In this document: piece after piece, positions 8,993 to 18,073 of the stretch
Layout: every line of letters begins with the position of its first letter
Position numbering within the stretch: the stretch's first letter is position 1
Origin: a virus
Strand: one strand, 5' to 3'
DNA: 64,000 nt
Virus record (IMG/VR): IMGVR_UViG_3300031417_000380
Position numbers and translations under genes: made by a program
Notes under the pieces: generated by a model
Told to the model about the DNA's origin: nothing
What the model saw: only the letters and a program-made list of their open reading frames with translations
Databases searched by the model: none

Positions 8993-9259
8993 ATGACTGC
9001 TATGACTTTCACGACTGATGAGACGTACGCACCGACCACCGCTGGAGAGCGTGCCGCTCTTCGAGAGCACAAGCTCAACGGCGGGGCTTCTACCCTGCGA
9101 GGATCGTTCGAAGCCGGCGTGCAGACCACATCTGTCGAGCCGATGTCGGAGCTCGATCTCGCTACTCTCTGGAACGCCTTCGTTGAGGCGGACATGAAGC
9201 TGAACCGCTCGTACCCGAGCTACGCCGAGGCTTTCATCGCCGGTTACCGCTTCTGCTGA
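8993..9259 (+). CDS. hypothetical protein
   Basis: 88-aa ORF with high GC3, converging on the DUF4031 gene. Confidence 0.65.
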   Translation: MTAMTFTTDETYAPTTAGERAALREHKLNGGASTLRGSFEAGVQTTSVEPMSELDLATLWNAFVEADMKLNRSYPSYAEAFIAGYRFC

Positions 9260-9555
9260 GCTGTCTCTTCAAGACGCTTACGCCGAGGTGCGAGGAAGGT
9301 TACAATGTGCTCTCGAGCATCGACTTCTTTGGCTCCGGCTTTCACAGCTAGGCGACGCTTCGTAAGCGTAAGATCGTAGTGCTCTTTCCAGGTGCCGGGA
9401 TACTGAATCCACGCGCGCTTAAGTCCTAGAGTGTCAGCCATCGCGTCGAGTTCCTCACGAGTGTCGGCGGTCATGTGGCACCAGACACCTCGAACCGTAC
9501 GAGCACCGTTCGGCACATCGGCCTTCATCTTGAAGTTGTCCACGTAGACGGTCAC
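9244..9555 (-). CDS. DUF4031 family protein
   Basis: MTVYVD..WCHMTADTREELDAMA..LGLKRAWIQ..HYDLT. Confidence 0.8.
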   Translation of the reverse strand: MTVYVDNFKMKADVPNGARTVRGVWCHMTADTREELDAMADTLGLKRAWIQYPGTWKEHYDLTLTKRRLAVKAGAKEVDAREHIVTFLAPRRKRLEETAQQKR

Positions 9556-9707
9556 TTGTTGTCAGCTTCCTGTTCGTCTTCGCCAGAGTCTGCGAGATCA
9601 GTCTCGATAGCGTCCGTTTTAGCTGCGGCTCGTGACGGTGCGTCACGGTCGGCGTAGTACCACGGCCTAAGCTTCACTCGAGAAGATGGCATGCCAGCCG
9701 GTCTCAT
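9552..9707 (-). CDS. 51-aa hypothetical protein (not in ORF track)
   Basis: ATGA and GTGA overlaps with both neighbours. Confidence 0.55.
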   Translation of the reverse strand: MRPAGMPSSRVKLRPWYYADRDAPSRAAAKTDAIETDLADSGEDEQEADNK

Positions 9708-10129
9708 TTGAGTGTCTCAAGCCACGAGGGGTCGAGTTCGTAGACTCCAACCTCTTCAGGTTCGTACTCAGGCTCTACTAGCTGCGGAGGATTCGATTCG
9801 CCCAGGGCAGCCGCGTTGCTGTCAACCGCCTGCTGCATGAGCTTTAGAATAGCTCGAACTGTTGACTCCCAGGGACTTCCAGGTTCGAACTCTACAGTGT
9901 TCCCATCGTCCCACCAGAAAATCGGCATGAAGTAATCCTCGTAGCTTACTCCGTAGCGATTGAGTCCGTCATCCGCGGGCTCCGGACTTTCGGCTTCCCA
10001 AGTGGCGCCTGCTGGAAGTAACGCAAGGATAGCATCTCGGAGCTCCCGGCCATCGAAAGCCGGCTCAAGAGCATCGGGATTGTCTAGCGTGTGCCGAATA
10101 CCAGAGTAGTCAATCTCATCAACGGTCAT
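9704..10129 (-). CDS. acidic hypothetical protein
   Basis: 141-aa ORF in a coupled minus-strand operon. Confidence 0.7.
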   Translation of the reverse strand: MTVDEIDYSGIRHTLDNPDALEPAFDGRELRDAILALLPAGATWEAESPEPADDGLNRYGVSYEDYFMPIFWWDDGNTVEFEPGSPWESTVRAILKLMQQAVDSNAAALGESNPPQLVEPEYEPEEVGVYELDPSWLETLK

Positions 10130-10131
10130 GA

Positions 10132-10926
10132 TCAGCCTCGCAGTAGTTCGATCTCGTGCTTGAGCGTCTCAAGCGGGCCAGGCGTCTCAAGGATAGCCGG
10201 CGTACCAGCTCTCTCGGCTACGCGACGAACTGTCTCCAGCGAGAAGTTCGAGTCAGTAAGGTTACTGTGATGGTCGCGACCGGTCTTACGTGCATCACGT
10301 GAGCCGTTGAGGTGTGTGAGACCGATTTCAATGCCCCGGCTCTCAAGCCCATCCATAAGCTGATCGAAAGCTTCCGTCTCTGGTAGCTCAGCATCGATGA
10401 GATCGCCGGTCCAGGCGTGGCAAGTGTCGAGGCAGAGCTTGGGGTTGAACTCAGCCACCTCTTCCCAGAGGCGTTCGAGACCCTCCCACGAACGGCCAGG
10501 CGCGATCTTACCGCCGGAGGTGTTCTCGATAAGCAACTGTACACCGTGCAGATCGATGGCTGTTAGAGCCTCACGCCAACGCTTAGCGGCCGTCTTAAGA
10601 TCGGCCTGAGGAGCCTGCCCACCGTGGATGATGACTCCAGATGCGCTTACTGCTGCGGCTGCCTCAAACTGGTATCCCATGGAGCGAGTACTGTTCTCTC
10701 GAACACCCTCGGTGTCGCTCGCCGGGTTGATGATGTAAGAGCTGTGTACGAAGATCGGAGCTTCAATACGCTTCCAGAACGCACGTTCCTTCTCCGACTT
10801 AGCCGCTGGTGCTCGCCAGGTCTTCGGGCTTCCGAGGAAGATCTGAGCCGTCTCAGCTCCTGTGACCTCAAGGCCCTCCAGGATTGATCGACTCGATAGG
10901 TGTGCCCCGTACTGAATCTTCGTCAT
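10132..10926 (-). CDS. nfo: endonuclease IV (AP endonuclease 2 family)
   Basis: QIF..SP..W, HSSYIINPAS, IENT.G, CLDTCH, HLN.S, RDHH, ILETP metal-binding motifs. Confidence 0.88.
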   Translation of the reverse strand: MTKIQYGAHLSSRSILEGLEVTGAETAQIFLGSPKTWRAPAAKSEKERAFWKRIEAPIFVHSSYIINPASDTEGVRENSTRSMGYQFEAAAAVSASGVIIHGGQAPQADLKTAAKRWREALTAIDLHGVQLLIENTSGGKIAPGRSWEGLERLWEEVAEFNPKLCLDTCHAWTGDLIDAELPETEAFDQLMDGLESRGIEIGLTHLNGSRDARKTGRDHHSNLTDSNFSLETVRRVAERAGTPAILETPGPLETLKHEIELLRG

Positions 10927-10935
10927 GAGTGTTCC

Positions 10936-11052
10936 TTAGTGAGATAGATCTAGTGCTTCGGCCAGGAATAGAAATGTGATTGCTCCTACGGTGAGCGCCG
11001 GCGCAATGACTAGCATCGGATCATTCCATAGCGTTCTGGTAAGGCGTTTCAT
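10936..11052 (-). CDS. 38-aa single-TM protein (not in ORF track)
   Basis: AGGA SD; MKRLTRTLWNDPMLVIAPALTVGAITFLFLAEALDLSH. Confidence 0.5.
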   Translation of the reverse strand: MKRLTRTLWNDPMLVIAPALTVGAITFLFLAEALDLSH

Positions 11053-11068
11053 AGCACATCCTGTTTGT

Positions 11069-11488
11069 CTAAACGAGCGAGCTTTCGATGATCTGGCCTG
11101 CATCACGACGCCGCAAGATCATGGAGATAAGCTTGTGTTTGAGTGGGAACAATCCACTCCGGTGTAGGAGCTCGATGTTCTTCGGCGAACGCTCGTCCGT
11201 AGAGTCATAGTGCGCGTTAAGCCAGAAAAGGGCGGACCAGCCATTATCGTTAGCGTAGATAGCTTTGAGCTCCTCCACTACTGCCGGGAGTTCGCTAGGC
11301 ACATCACCGTGCTCATTGAACTGAACCGCCGGGTAAACCTGAACACCATCCTCAGTAACGAGAGAAAAGTAGTTCTCACTTTCAGCAAGCGATTCGACTG
11401 TGATGCCAAGCTGGTTTGCGAGCATCTCAGCGGTGTAGAAGTCACCGTAAAACTTAGTGGAGTCTTCGGGTGTCATCGTTTGGATCAC
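11069..11488 (-). CDS. Rv2175c-like DNA-binding protein (paralog 2)
   Basis: LANQLGIT..YPAVQF..ELPAVV..NGWSALFWL, closest to 117-659. Confidence 0.6.
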   Translation of the reverse strand: MIQTMTPEDSTKFYGDFYTAEMLANQLGITVESLAESENYFSLVTEDGVQVYPAVQFNEHGDVPSELPAVVEELKAIYANDNGWSALFWLNAHYDSTDERSPKNIELLHRSGLFPLKHKLISMILRRRDAGQIIESSLV

Positions 11489-11489
11489 T

Positions 11490-11591
11490 TCAGGTACCTC
11501 TCGGGCCGGTAAGAAAGATGAGTGCTCCGACGACGGCTGCTATGAGGAGCGCTGCGCCTATTACGCCGCCGATGATTTCTAGGATGAGCAT
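11490..11591 (-). CDS. 33-aa single-TM protein (not in ORF track)
   Basis: MLILEIIGGVIGAALLIAAVVGALIFLTGPRGT; tightly packed in the operon. Confidence 0.5.
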   Translation of the reverse strand: MLILEIIGGVIGAALLIAAVVGALIFLTGPRGT

Positions 11592-11593
11592 AG

Positions 11594-11719
11594 TCAGCTT
11601 ACAACTGCCTGAATCGCTAAAGCCGCGCCGGCTAAGCCGAAGACTCCTGCAGCGATCACTGCGATGAAGCCTTGGCCCTCCCAGAAGTGGGGAGCGTCTG
11701 TTGGTCTGTGCTTTCCCAT
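11594..11719 (-). CDS. 41-aa single-TM protein (not in ORF track)
   Basis: MGKHRPTDAPHFWEGQGFIAVIAAGVFGLAGAALAIQAVVS. Confidence 0.5.
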   Translation of the reverse strand: MGKHRPTDAPHFWEGQGFIAVIAAGVFGLAGAALAIQAVVS

Positions 11720-11751
11720 GAGTACTCTATCCTGTTTGTCTACCTACTATT

Positions 11752-12243
11752 TTACCGAGTAGCCCGGGACTCTACCCACGCCGTGATCTGCTGAAGCTCA
11801 AGCGGTGAGATCCCGACGTGGATGTTTGGAGAGATAGCCGTAACATGCTTTGCTGTCTTCAGCCACTCAACGGCTTCTTCGTCATCCTTCAGATCATCAT
11901 CTACCCAAAGCACATCGGTGTCTTCGCTGATACGCTGGATACGAACGAGTTTCTCCCAGGCACCACGCTCGCGCTCCGGGCGAGCCCAGGGCCACTCCTC
12001 AAACCCTAAAGCGGCTGGAAAGAGCTCGGTCCGATCGAACCATGCGGTGCTCCACATGAAGTCTACTCCAAGCTTCATGAGACGCTGAAGCTCCGAGCGA
12101 ACGGTCTCTGAGATCGTCATGTCGTAGCCTGCTACGGTCACCTCACGAAGATCCGGCCAGGCTCCATGCTTGGCCATCTGTGGCGCGAACGGAAAGATAA
12201 CACCGTCGCAGTCGAGAACTATCAGTGCCTTACGATCTGTCAT
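11752..12243 (-). CDS. HAD-family phosphatase (Swiss Army Knife RNA-repair HAD-like)
   Basis: LDCDGVI, WSTAW, WVDDD motifs. Confidence 0.75.
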   Translation of the reverse strand: MTDRKALIVLDCDGVIFPFAPQMAKHGAWPDLREVTVAGYDMTISETVRSELQRLMKLGVDFMWSTAWFDRTELFPAALGFEEWPWARPERERGAWEKLVRIQRISEDTDVLWVDDDLKDDEEAVEWLKTAKHVTAISPNIHVGISPLELQQITAWVESRATR

Positions 12244-12245
12244 GG

Positions 12246-12713
12246 TTACGCCTTTCTAGGAATTACGGCAGCTACAGCTTCCAGCAGTGCAGCGATTTCC
12301 TTGAGTCCACCGGGAGGCGCCTGGAGTGTAGGAATACCTACAGCTCTCGCCACATCGAGCTCCGCCTCGGTACCCTTGGCTTCTACGCCGGGAGGGGTCA
12401 CGGCCACAACGAAGTCGGACTCGCGGATTGCCAGGTCGTTTACTAACTGGGCCGACTCGTGCCAGCCTCCGGACCAAGCGCGATGAGGGGCGTAGACCAG
12501 GCAGCCGGCGTTGATGAGCTCTGCTCGGACAAGCTCTCGCCAAGCCGTGTAGATCTGGTACTCCTCGGTGTCGAGCTTTCCCCACCAGGTCTTGATTGGG
12601 CCGACGAGAACAGCTCGAAGCGGAACTCCGTCCGGCAGGTGCGCCTCAACCGCGCCGTTCCCGTCCACCGCGAGGAGTGACTTAAAGCGAGCGTCCAGCT
12701 CTTCGGTACTCAT
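12246..12713 (-). CDS. nucleoside 2-deoxyribosyltransferase-like / N-glycosidase-like protein
   Basis: VYAPH..NDLAIRESDFVVAV..GTEAELDVA..GIP pattern. Confidence 0.6.
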   Translation of the reverse strand: MSTEELDARFKSLLAVDGNGAVEAHLPDGVPLRAVLVGPIKTWWGKLDTEEYQIYTAWRELVRAELINAGCLVYAPHRAWSGGWHESAQLVNDLAIRESDFVVAVTPPGVEAKGTEAELDVARAVGIPTLQAPPGGLKEIAALLEAVAAVIPRKA

Positions 12714-12907
12714 GCGGGCCCTCCGTTAGCCATGAACGTTTTAAGGAAAACTTCGAAAGCGTTCGGTTCGTTCTGCTGTCCGGGATCACGGCGACCGAGC
12801 TTTTCAACTACTGATTCTGGACGACCGACCACTTGGCCATCGGCGTTGAGCCAGACCACAACGCCGGTGGGGAACTTTACAGCCTTCCACGGTTTCTTGC
12901 TAGCCAC
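12710..12907 (-). CDS. hypothetical protein
   Basis: SD AAGGAG; ATGA overlap with downstream gene. Confidence 0.65.
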   Translation of the reverse strand: MASKKPWKAVKFPTGVVVWLNADGQVVGRPESVVEKLGRRDPGQQNEPNAFEVFLKTFMANGGPA

Positions 12908-12995
12908 AGGCTACTCCTTCTATACAGTCTCATTCACATTACACGATGTAACGGCAAGTACGCAATAAGAAGCGCGGGCTAGCGCTCTTACTAAG

Positions 12996-13027
12996 CTGGG
13001 GCGACCACTCGAAAGCAGCCGCCCCAG
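12996..13027 (-). terminator. terminator with UUCG cap
   Basis: Fully paired on minus-strand RNA with G-U pairs; core repeated at 30197-30222. Confidence 0.7.
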
Positions 13028-13039
13028 AAGGTTCAGTGA

Positions 13040-13594
13040 TCAGAGACGCACGTTGGCGTAGAGGCCGTAGTGCCCAACCTCGACTCCGTACTTTCCGCCA
13101 CGCTCGTCAGGGTTCTCTTCCTCTTCGTCCATCTCGTCGTAGGCGTCGATGTTCTCCTGACCGTACTTGGCAGTGATCTTGAAGTCCATCTGACGACCGG
13201 TGAACCCTTTATTCTGAAGCTCTTCAATGGTGTCTTCGATAAGCTTGTCCATCTTTGCGTCGTTACCGTCGTAGACGTGGAGATTGATGTCTACCTTGTT
13301 AGCCGAGTACTTCTCCACAGAGATGCTAGCACTCGTACCGTAGCGTCGCCAGAGTTCTAGGTCGTCTCCACCGTACTCGATAAGCTTTGAGCCTGGCTTA
13401 AGACGCTTTGCGACCTCTTCGGGCGTGTAGAAGTTAGCCGTGGTCTCCTCAGCAAACTTGTTGGCCTCTTCGCGAGTCGCAAACTCGCCATGGACCGGCG
13501 GCTCATCCCCAAAGCCGTTGATTCGGCAGGTAGCGGCGCTCTTAGCTGCGCAACGGCGAGCGTTGCCATCCTCGGATACGTGGTAACGAGTCAT
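13040..13594 (-). CDS. protein with N-terminal YH..C..C..H module (copy 1)
   Basis: MTRYHVSEDGNARRCAAKSAATC..H; SD AGGAG; cf. 51054. Confidence 0.75.
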   Translation of the reverse strand: MTRYHVSEDGNARRCAAKSAATCRINGFGDEPPVHGEFATREEANKFAEETTANFYTPEEVAKRLKPGSKLIEYGGDDLELWRRYGTSASISVEKYSANKVDINLHVYDGNDAKMDKLIEDTIEELQNKGFTGRQMDFKITAKYGQENIDAYDEMDEEEENPDERGGKYGVEVGHYGLYANVRL

Positions 13595-13652
13595 CGGTTG
13601 CTCCTAGTGCAAGTCGTTGTGAATTGCTTTCTAAACTGTTCTTACTTTTGTG

Positions 13653-13681
13653 TTGCATCCTCCGGAGTTTAGGTGTAGACT
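13653..13681 (+). promoter_or_regulatory. SigA-type promoter, leaderless
   Basis: TTGCAT-17-TAGACT-6-ATG. Confidence 0.75.
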
Positions 13682-13687
13682 TATGCT

Positions 13688-14176
13688 ATGACCTCGATCA
13701 CGAAGCTCCCCACCACTCCCGGCTCCATCGTCACCTTCACCGACTGGGCTGACAAGAACAAGACCGAGAAGTTCACCTACGTCGTCACGCTCATCCCCGG
13801 TGACGTGACCAAGGGCAAGGCCGATGATCTCGTCTGGGGTGACGCTTTCGTGGACGGAGACGGTGCGGACACCTTCGCCGAAGAGCGGATCCTCGCCGGA
13901 GAGCCGAAGCTCGTCCACGAGGCGGGTAGCAACCCGCATTTCATCGCTCTCGTCGGTGAGACCGCCGAACAGCGTTTCGGCGAGGTCTTGACCTTCATGA
14001 CCGCTGAGGACGGCTGGGACTTCGCGGAGCGCGTCACGGTGGTCTACACCCCCGGACTCATCAACCCCACCACCGGTGAGATGGACGAGGGCCACTGGAT
14101 CAACAGCTACGGAACCTGGTTCAAGCCGGAAGATGTTCTCGCCGGCGACCCGCAGGTGATCGCTAAGGGGCTGTAA
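13688..14176 (+). CDS. hypothetical protein
   Basis: Leaderless promoter; very high GC3; possible internal two-fold repeat. Confidence 0.8.
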   Translation: MTSITKLPTTPGSIVTFTDWADKNKTEKFTYVVTLIPGDVTKGKADDLVWGDAFVDGDGADTFAEERILAGEPKLVHEAGSNPHFIALVGETAEQRFGEVLTFMTAEDGWDFAERVTVVYTPGLINPTTGEMDEGHWINSYGTWFKPEDVLAGDPQVIAKGL

Positions 14177-14191
14177 CGATCTACAGCTCTT

Positions 14192-14238
14192 ACGCAGAAG
14201 GCGAACGGCCACCGAAATGGTTCGTTCGCCTTCTGCGT
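14192..14238. terminator. bidirectional terminator
   Basis: 16-bp perfect inverted repeat between convergent genes. Confidence 0.8.
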
Positions 14239-14252
14239 TTTGGCTGTTAGAA

Positions 14253-14954
14253 TCAGCTACCAGCTGCGGTGATCTTAGCAACACCTACCTTGAGGTCGCC
14301 GGTCACAGCGTCGGTGCCGAAGGTGTCGTTGAGGAGCTTAGCAGCATCCTGCGAGATATAAACAGTGGTACCTTCGAGGACAGCGTTACCGTCAGCATCC
14401 TTCGAGAGCGGCTTCAGCGTGGTTCCGTCGAGACGGAAGATGTTGATGCCGGTACCGACCTCTTTACCGTCGACCTTTACGGTACCGGTAAGCTTAGAGT
14501 TATTACCCGGGTCGATGACGAAGTCACTGAGCTCGACTGTCTTACCGCCACCGGTGAGACTGATACCGGAGCCGTCGTGATCGATTTCGCCCTGGACGTA
14601 CGGACGGTAACCGGAGCTTGGGTCGTAGTAATCGACGTTACCGCCGGTGATCGGGAAAGCGAGGACGCCGTTGGTGAGCGTAGCACCTCCGATGACGCCG
14701 GGCGTAAGCTTGAGCGTGCCAAGAGCGTCAACGAAGCCCTTGTCAAGAGTCACCTGAGTGTCCTTACCGGTGATTGTCTTGAGCTGTGCTTCCGGCGCCG
14801 GCTTACTCATAGAGCTAGAAGAGCTAGAGGGTGTAGAACCTGGAGTGTTAGCGTCGGTGTTCCCGTCGTTGCTGCCCATGGAGCAGCCAGCTAGAACAAC
14901 GGCGAGTGCGCCGGTAACGGCGAATGCGGACGAAAGCTTGACGAACTTTCTCAT
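14253..14954 (-). CDS. secreted lipoprotein, beta-rich
   Basis: Signal peptide with lipobox LAGC, Ser-rich linker; SD AAGGAG. Confidence 0.8.
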   Translation of the reverse strand: MRKFVKLSSAFAVTGALAVVLAGCSMGSNDGNTDANTPGSTPSSSSSSMSKPAPEAQLKTITGKDTQVTLDKGFVDALGTLKLTPGVIGGATLTNGVLAFPITGGNVDYYDPSSGYRPYVQGEIDHDGSGISLTGGGKTVELSDFVIDPGNNSKLTGTVKVDGKEVGTGINIFRLDGTTLKPLSKDADGNAVLEGTTVYISQDAAKLLNDTFGTDAVTGDLKVGVAKITAAGS

Positions 14955-15192
14955 GATTGAACTCCTTCTGTCGTTTTCTTCGTGAGGACGGTTGCGTCTC
15001 GCACGAGTTGTGCGGTGGTAGGAGCTCGGGCAAACGACCGATTAAGGATTTGTACCGAACTCAATAGGGTATTCGCAGACCTACCTACAAGATTCCTGAA
15101 AGAAATCGCTTTTCACAGGCTTCTATAATGTATAGTCGAAGTGAGCAGAGCTTAAGCACTGTTTAATAGCTAGTCCATCGTAAAGGAATGCC

Positions 15193-15543
15193 ATGCCAGC
15201 CGCTATCCCGCTTATCGCCGGCCTTACGCCGTGGAGTGTTCTTAAGCTCGCAGCCTTCGCAAAGAAGACGCACCGGCGACGAGCACCGTTCGAGCTGCAG
15301 GATCTAGAGTGTGCAACGCTCGTGCATCGATCCATCGAAGGGAACATCACCATCGCTGAAGATTCGGTGATCGAGTGTCTCTGCGGCGAGCGTTTTCAGC
15401 ATCGGGAGAGGATCTACGCCGGCGAAATGCTCGTGGCTCATCAGCATGAATCAGCCAGAAAGATCGCTTTCGCTCGTCGACTCATGGAGAAGTCGGATGA
15501 GCTTCTAACGGCCCAGCGGGAAAAGAACGCCGCAGGAAAGTAG
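15193..15543 (+). CDS. CxCG..HQxExA putative Zn-finger protein (copy 1)
   Basis: CLCGERF..A..HQHESA; SD AAGGA. Confidence 0.65.
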   Translation: MPAAIPLIAGLTPWSVLKLAAFAKKTHRRRAPFELQDLECATLVHRSIEGNITIAEDSVIECLCGERFQHRERIYAGEMLVAHQHESARKIAFARRLMEKSDELLTAQREKNAAGK

Positions 15544-15547
15544 AGCA

Positions 15548-15576
15548 TTGTGGTTTTCGATGTGTCGGTGTATGTT
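15548..15576 (+). promoter_or_regulatory. SigA-type promoter, leaderless
   Basis: TTGTGG-17-TATGTT-6-ATG. Confidence 0.7.
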
Positions 15577-15582
15577 GATGCC

Positions 15583-15936
15583 ATGACCTCTTCGCTCATC
15601 ACCTCGCTCGTCGCCCGTGTTCGCTCTGCGTTCGCGCGGGCCCCGCAGACTGAGTATGTTGCACCGCCGCGCTTCGATGACGCCGCACTGTCGGTGGCTC
15701 GTACCACACACCACGCTTTCATCCCCTACCGCAGCATGCTCCGGACGGATCTCGCCGGGCACCCGCTCGAGCCCCAGCGTTACTACCAGCCGTGCTCCTG
15801 CGGACGTGACTACGTCGGGTTCTCGCACAGCCAGGCGGAGCGACTGTTCAAGGAGCACCAGGACGAGGTAGCCGCCGACATCTTCCGCAGCCGACAGTTC
15901 GCTGAGCTTCGCGACCAGCTCGAGCCGGCGCTCTGA
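15583..15936 (+). CDS. CxCG..HQxExA putative Zn-finger protein (copy 2)
   Basis: CSCGRDY..A..HQDEVA; leaderless ATG. Confidence 0.7.
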   Translation: MTSSLITSLVARVRSAFARAPQTEYVAPPRFDDAALSVARTTHHAFIPYRSMLRTDLAGHPLEPQRYYQPCSCGRDYVGFSHSQAERLFKEHQDEVAADIFRSRQFAELRDQLEPAL

Positions 15937-16181
15937 TGCGCAAGTTCCACAACCTTCACTTCAAAGAGGGTGAGACTCGCATCGTCGCCGCTCGTGTAGT
16001 GAATAATCGTGTGGTGGTCCTCGTTCAGACGTTCGGGTTCATGTGCCTTGAGTACTCGATCAAGAGCTACAGCAACAACATCTTCGCTCGTCTCTTCGGT
16101 GGCTGGGAGCACCACGGCTACTGGACTGACGAAGATAATCTTGAGATCGCTCTCGCACACTTCGATGATCTAAAGCTCTAG
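15936..16181 (+). CDS. hypothetical protein
   Basis: TGATG coupling with upstream gene. Confidence 0.7.
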   Translation: MRKFHNLHFKEGETRIVAARVVNNRVVVLVQTFGFMCLEYSIKSYSNNIFARLFGGWEHHGYWTDEDNLEIALAHFDDLKL

Positions 16182-16189
16182 GAGGAGCA

Positions 16190-16522
16190 ATGACTCACAA
16201 CGTTCACACTAATCTCAAGCTTCTGAACGCCCTCGATCGACTCGAAGATCTGGCGACCGACGGTACCGGCCAGATCGCTGAAGACGCTGCGGAGCTTCTC
16301 GAGTCGCTCTCGGATGAGCAGCGTCGGCCGGAGCCGAAGTTCGTCTATGATGACAACATGTCCGCTTCGCTTCACGTGGAGTTCGACAAGAACGGCGCAT
16401 GGCAATTCAAGAGCTCGAGCCTCGGCGGACACTCGTCGCCGGCTGGGCTTCCCCACGAAGCAGCTGAGGAGCTTGCTAATTTCATCCTGGCTGCCACCGA
16501 TGTGATGGTCAAGCGTAACTGA
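16190..16522 (+). CDS. hypothetical protein
   Basis: SD AGGAGG; followed by terminator. Confidence 0.75.
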   Translation: MTHNVHTNLKLLNALDRLEDLATDGTGQIAEDAAELLESLSDEQRRPEPKFVYDDNMSASLHVEFDKNGAWQFKSSSLGGHSSPAGLPHEAAEELANFILAATDVMVKRN

Positions 16523-16533
16523 TCGTTCGCAAG

Positions 16534-16571
16534 AAAACTCCCCGCCTACATAAGAATAGGCGGGGAGTTTT
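16534..16571 (+). terminator. intrinsic terminator
   Basis: 15-bp perfect inverted repeat ending in TTTT. Confidence 0.8.
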
Positions 16572-16574
16572 GTG

Positions 16575-16603
16575 TTGTACTAACGCCGTGAACCTGTCAT
16601 CAT
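16575..16603 (+). promoter_or_regulatory. SigA-type promoter, leaderless (variant -10)
   Basis: TTGTAC-17-CATCAT-6-ATG. Confidence 0.55.
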
Positions 16604-16609
16604 TGACTT

Positions 16610-17206
16610 ATGCGAAACTTCCGCGAACGAGGCACTCACTGGCGCAACGCTAAGAACCCGCGTCTTCGTGAGCTTGCCATGTGGGAGGCATACAAGTACG
16701 ACCCGAACTCAGAAGACATTGAACGCGACTCCGACGGCACTATCACCGTCTGCTTCGGTTCTACTGGAGCTGAGCTTACACTCCGCGTGATCGACTCTGA
16801 GGCGATCGGCATCTTCGGCTTCGGCCACTGCGCGATCCTTGCATGGGAGCTCCACAAGGTCACCGGTCTTCCTCTCGCTGTCTTTGACTCCAAGCACGAA
16901 TCTCCCTACGCCGGCTGGTCCGGCCATGTGGCCTTGCGGCTCGCTCCTGATCTTTTCCTCGACATCGAAGGCGTTATGTCGAAGCGAGACATCCACGAAC
17001 GTTACCGTAACGCTCTCCAGGAGGAACCACGCGTCCTTGATGACGAGGCTTTTCTGGACCTCATGGTTCCGGAGGAGAACCGCGAGGATCCGAAGCAGTA
17101 CCTCTGCGAACTCGAGCAGCTAGTGCTGGAAGACTTCGTTGACTTCCTGCGAGAGAAGCACGCTGAGAAGCTTGCTAACGCTGCAGTGGAGTTCGTGGTT
17201 GCGTAA
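16610..17206 (+). CDS. hypothetical protein, possible papain-like Cys-His-Asp fold
   Basis: GHCAILAWELH..GHVAL..FLDIEG. Confidence 0.55.
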   Translation: MRNFRERGTHWRNAKNPRLRELAMWEAYKYDPNSEDIERDSDGTITVCFGSTGAELTLRVIDSEAIGIFGFGHCAILAWELHKVTGLPLAVFDSKHESPYAGWSGHVALRLAPDLFLDIEGVMSKRDIHERYRNALQEEPRVLDDEAFLDLMVPEENREDPKQYLCELEQLVLEDFVDFLREKHAEKLANAAVEFVVA

Positions 17207-17227
17207 CAGAACGACAACGCATAAGAT

Positions 17228-17614
17228 ATGTCCATGCTCTTCTTCGCACAGTACCCGGTCGAGGTCGTCCACGCTGCCATTGACGAGGCGGCTTCTCGCG
17301 GCTCGGCTCGAGGCGTCCTTCCGGATGGTGTCGAGTTCAAGACAGGCTCGCACCGGCTGGTACTCTTCAAGACCAAGGGCATCGCCTGCACCGCCTGTGG
17401 CATCGAGGGTGAAATCTACGTCCTCGAGTCGCACAGCCGTGACATCCCTCCGCACCTGAACCTCTACGCGGTGAAGGCAAACGGGAAGCGTGTGCTGATG
17501 ACCAAGGATCACACCATCCCGAAGAGCAAGGGCGGGCGTAACAGCCTGGAGAACTACACCACCATGTGCTCCCCGTGTAACGGCAAGAAGAGTGACAAGC
17601 TGGAGGCCGCATGA
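17228..17614 (+). CDS. HNH endonuclease
   Basis: CTACG..MTKDHTIPKSKGG.NSLENY..MCSPCNGKK. Confidence 0.88.
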   Translation: MSMLFFAQYPVEVVHAAIDEAASRGSARGVLPDGVEFKTGSHRLVLFKTKGIACTACGIEGEIYVLESHSRDIPPHLNLYAVKANGKRVLMTKDHTIPKSKGGRNSLENYTTMCSPCNGKKSDKLEAA

Positions 17615-17850
17615 TCTTCGACTGGTTTCAGCTTACGGCCTTTGTCCTGCTATTCTGGGGCTTCGGACTTATCATGTGGAGCGCCTACCGCTTGAAGGCT
17701 ATCGAGAACGCAGCGCTGCGTGAACCTTCCTACAAGAAGGCGATGGCCGATGCCGCTCATGCTCAACAGCGAGTTGCCACTCACGTCTGGCGGAGCTGTG
17801 GAATGATCGCAGTCGCCGTGGTGCTCTTCATGGTGATTAGCTTCGTCTGA
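17611..17850 (+). CDS. small 2-TM membrane protein
   Basis: ATGA overlap; two hydrophobic segments. Confidence 0.7.
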   Translation: MIFDWFQLTAFVLLFWGFGLIMWSAYRLKAIENAALREPSYKKAMADAAHAQQRVATHVWRSCGMIAVAVVLFMVISFV

Positions 17851-18073
17851 CTCAGGCTCAGTGACTGTGGTGATGTGCGTGGATAACCGTGCGACCACAG
17901 CTTCGGTTCATGAGCCAACGATTCGCCGGACTCGTCACCGCGAAAGCTAGGGTGAGTGACAGCAGGAGCGAGTGTTTGAAGAAGTCGCACGGTTACACGA
18001 CTCTTGCGTTCTACGCCGTGAGCAACAGCCCTCTGCACGCTCAAGCCTTGCTACAGCGTACTCATAAGGCACA

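Noticed and set aside
17228-17614. HNH as a mobile intron or intein homing endonuclease
   Set aside because: It is free-standing in an operon, with no interrupted host gene or intron structure around it.
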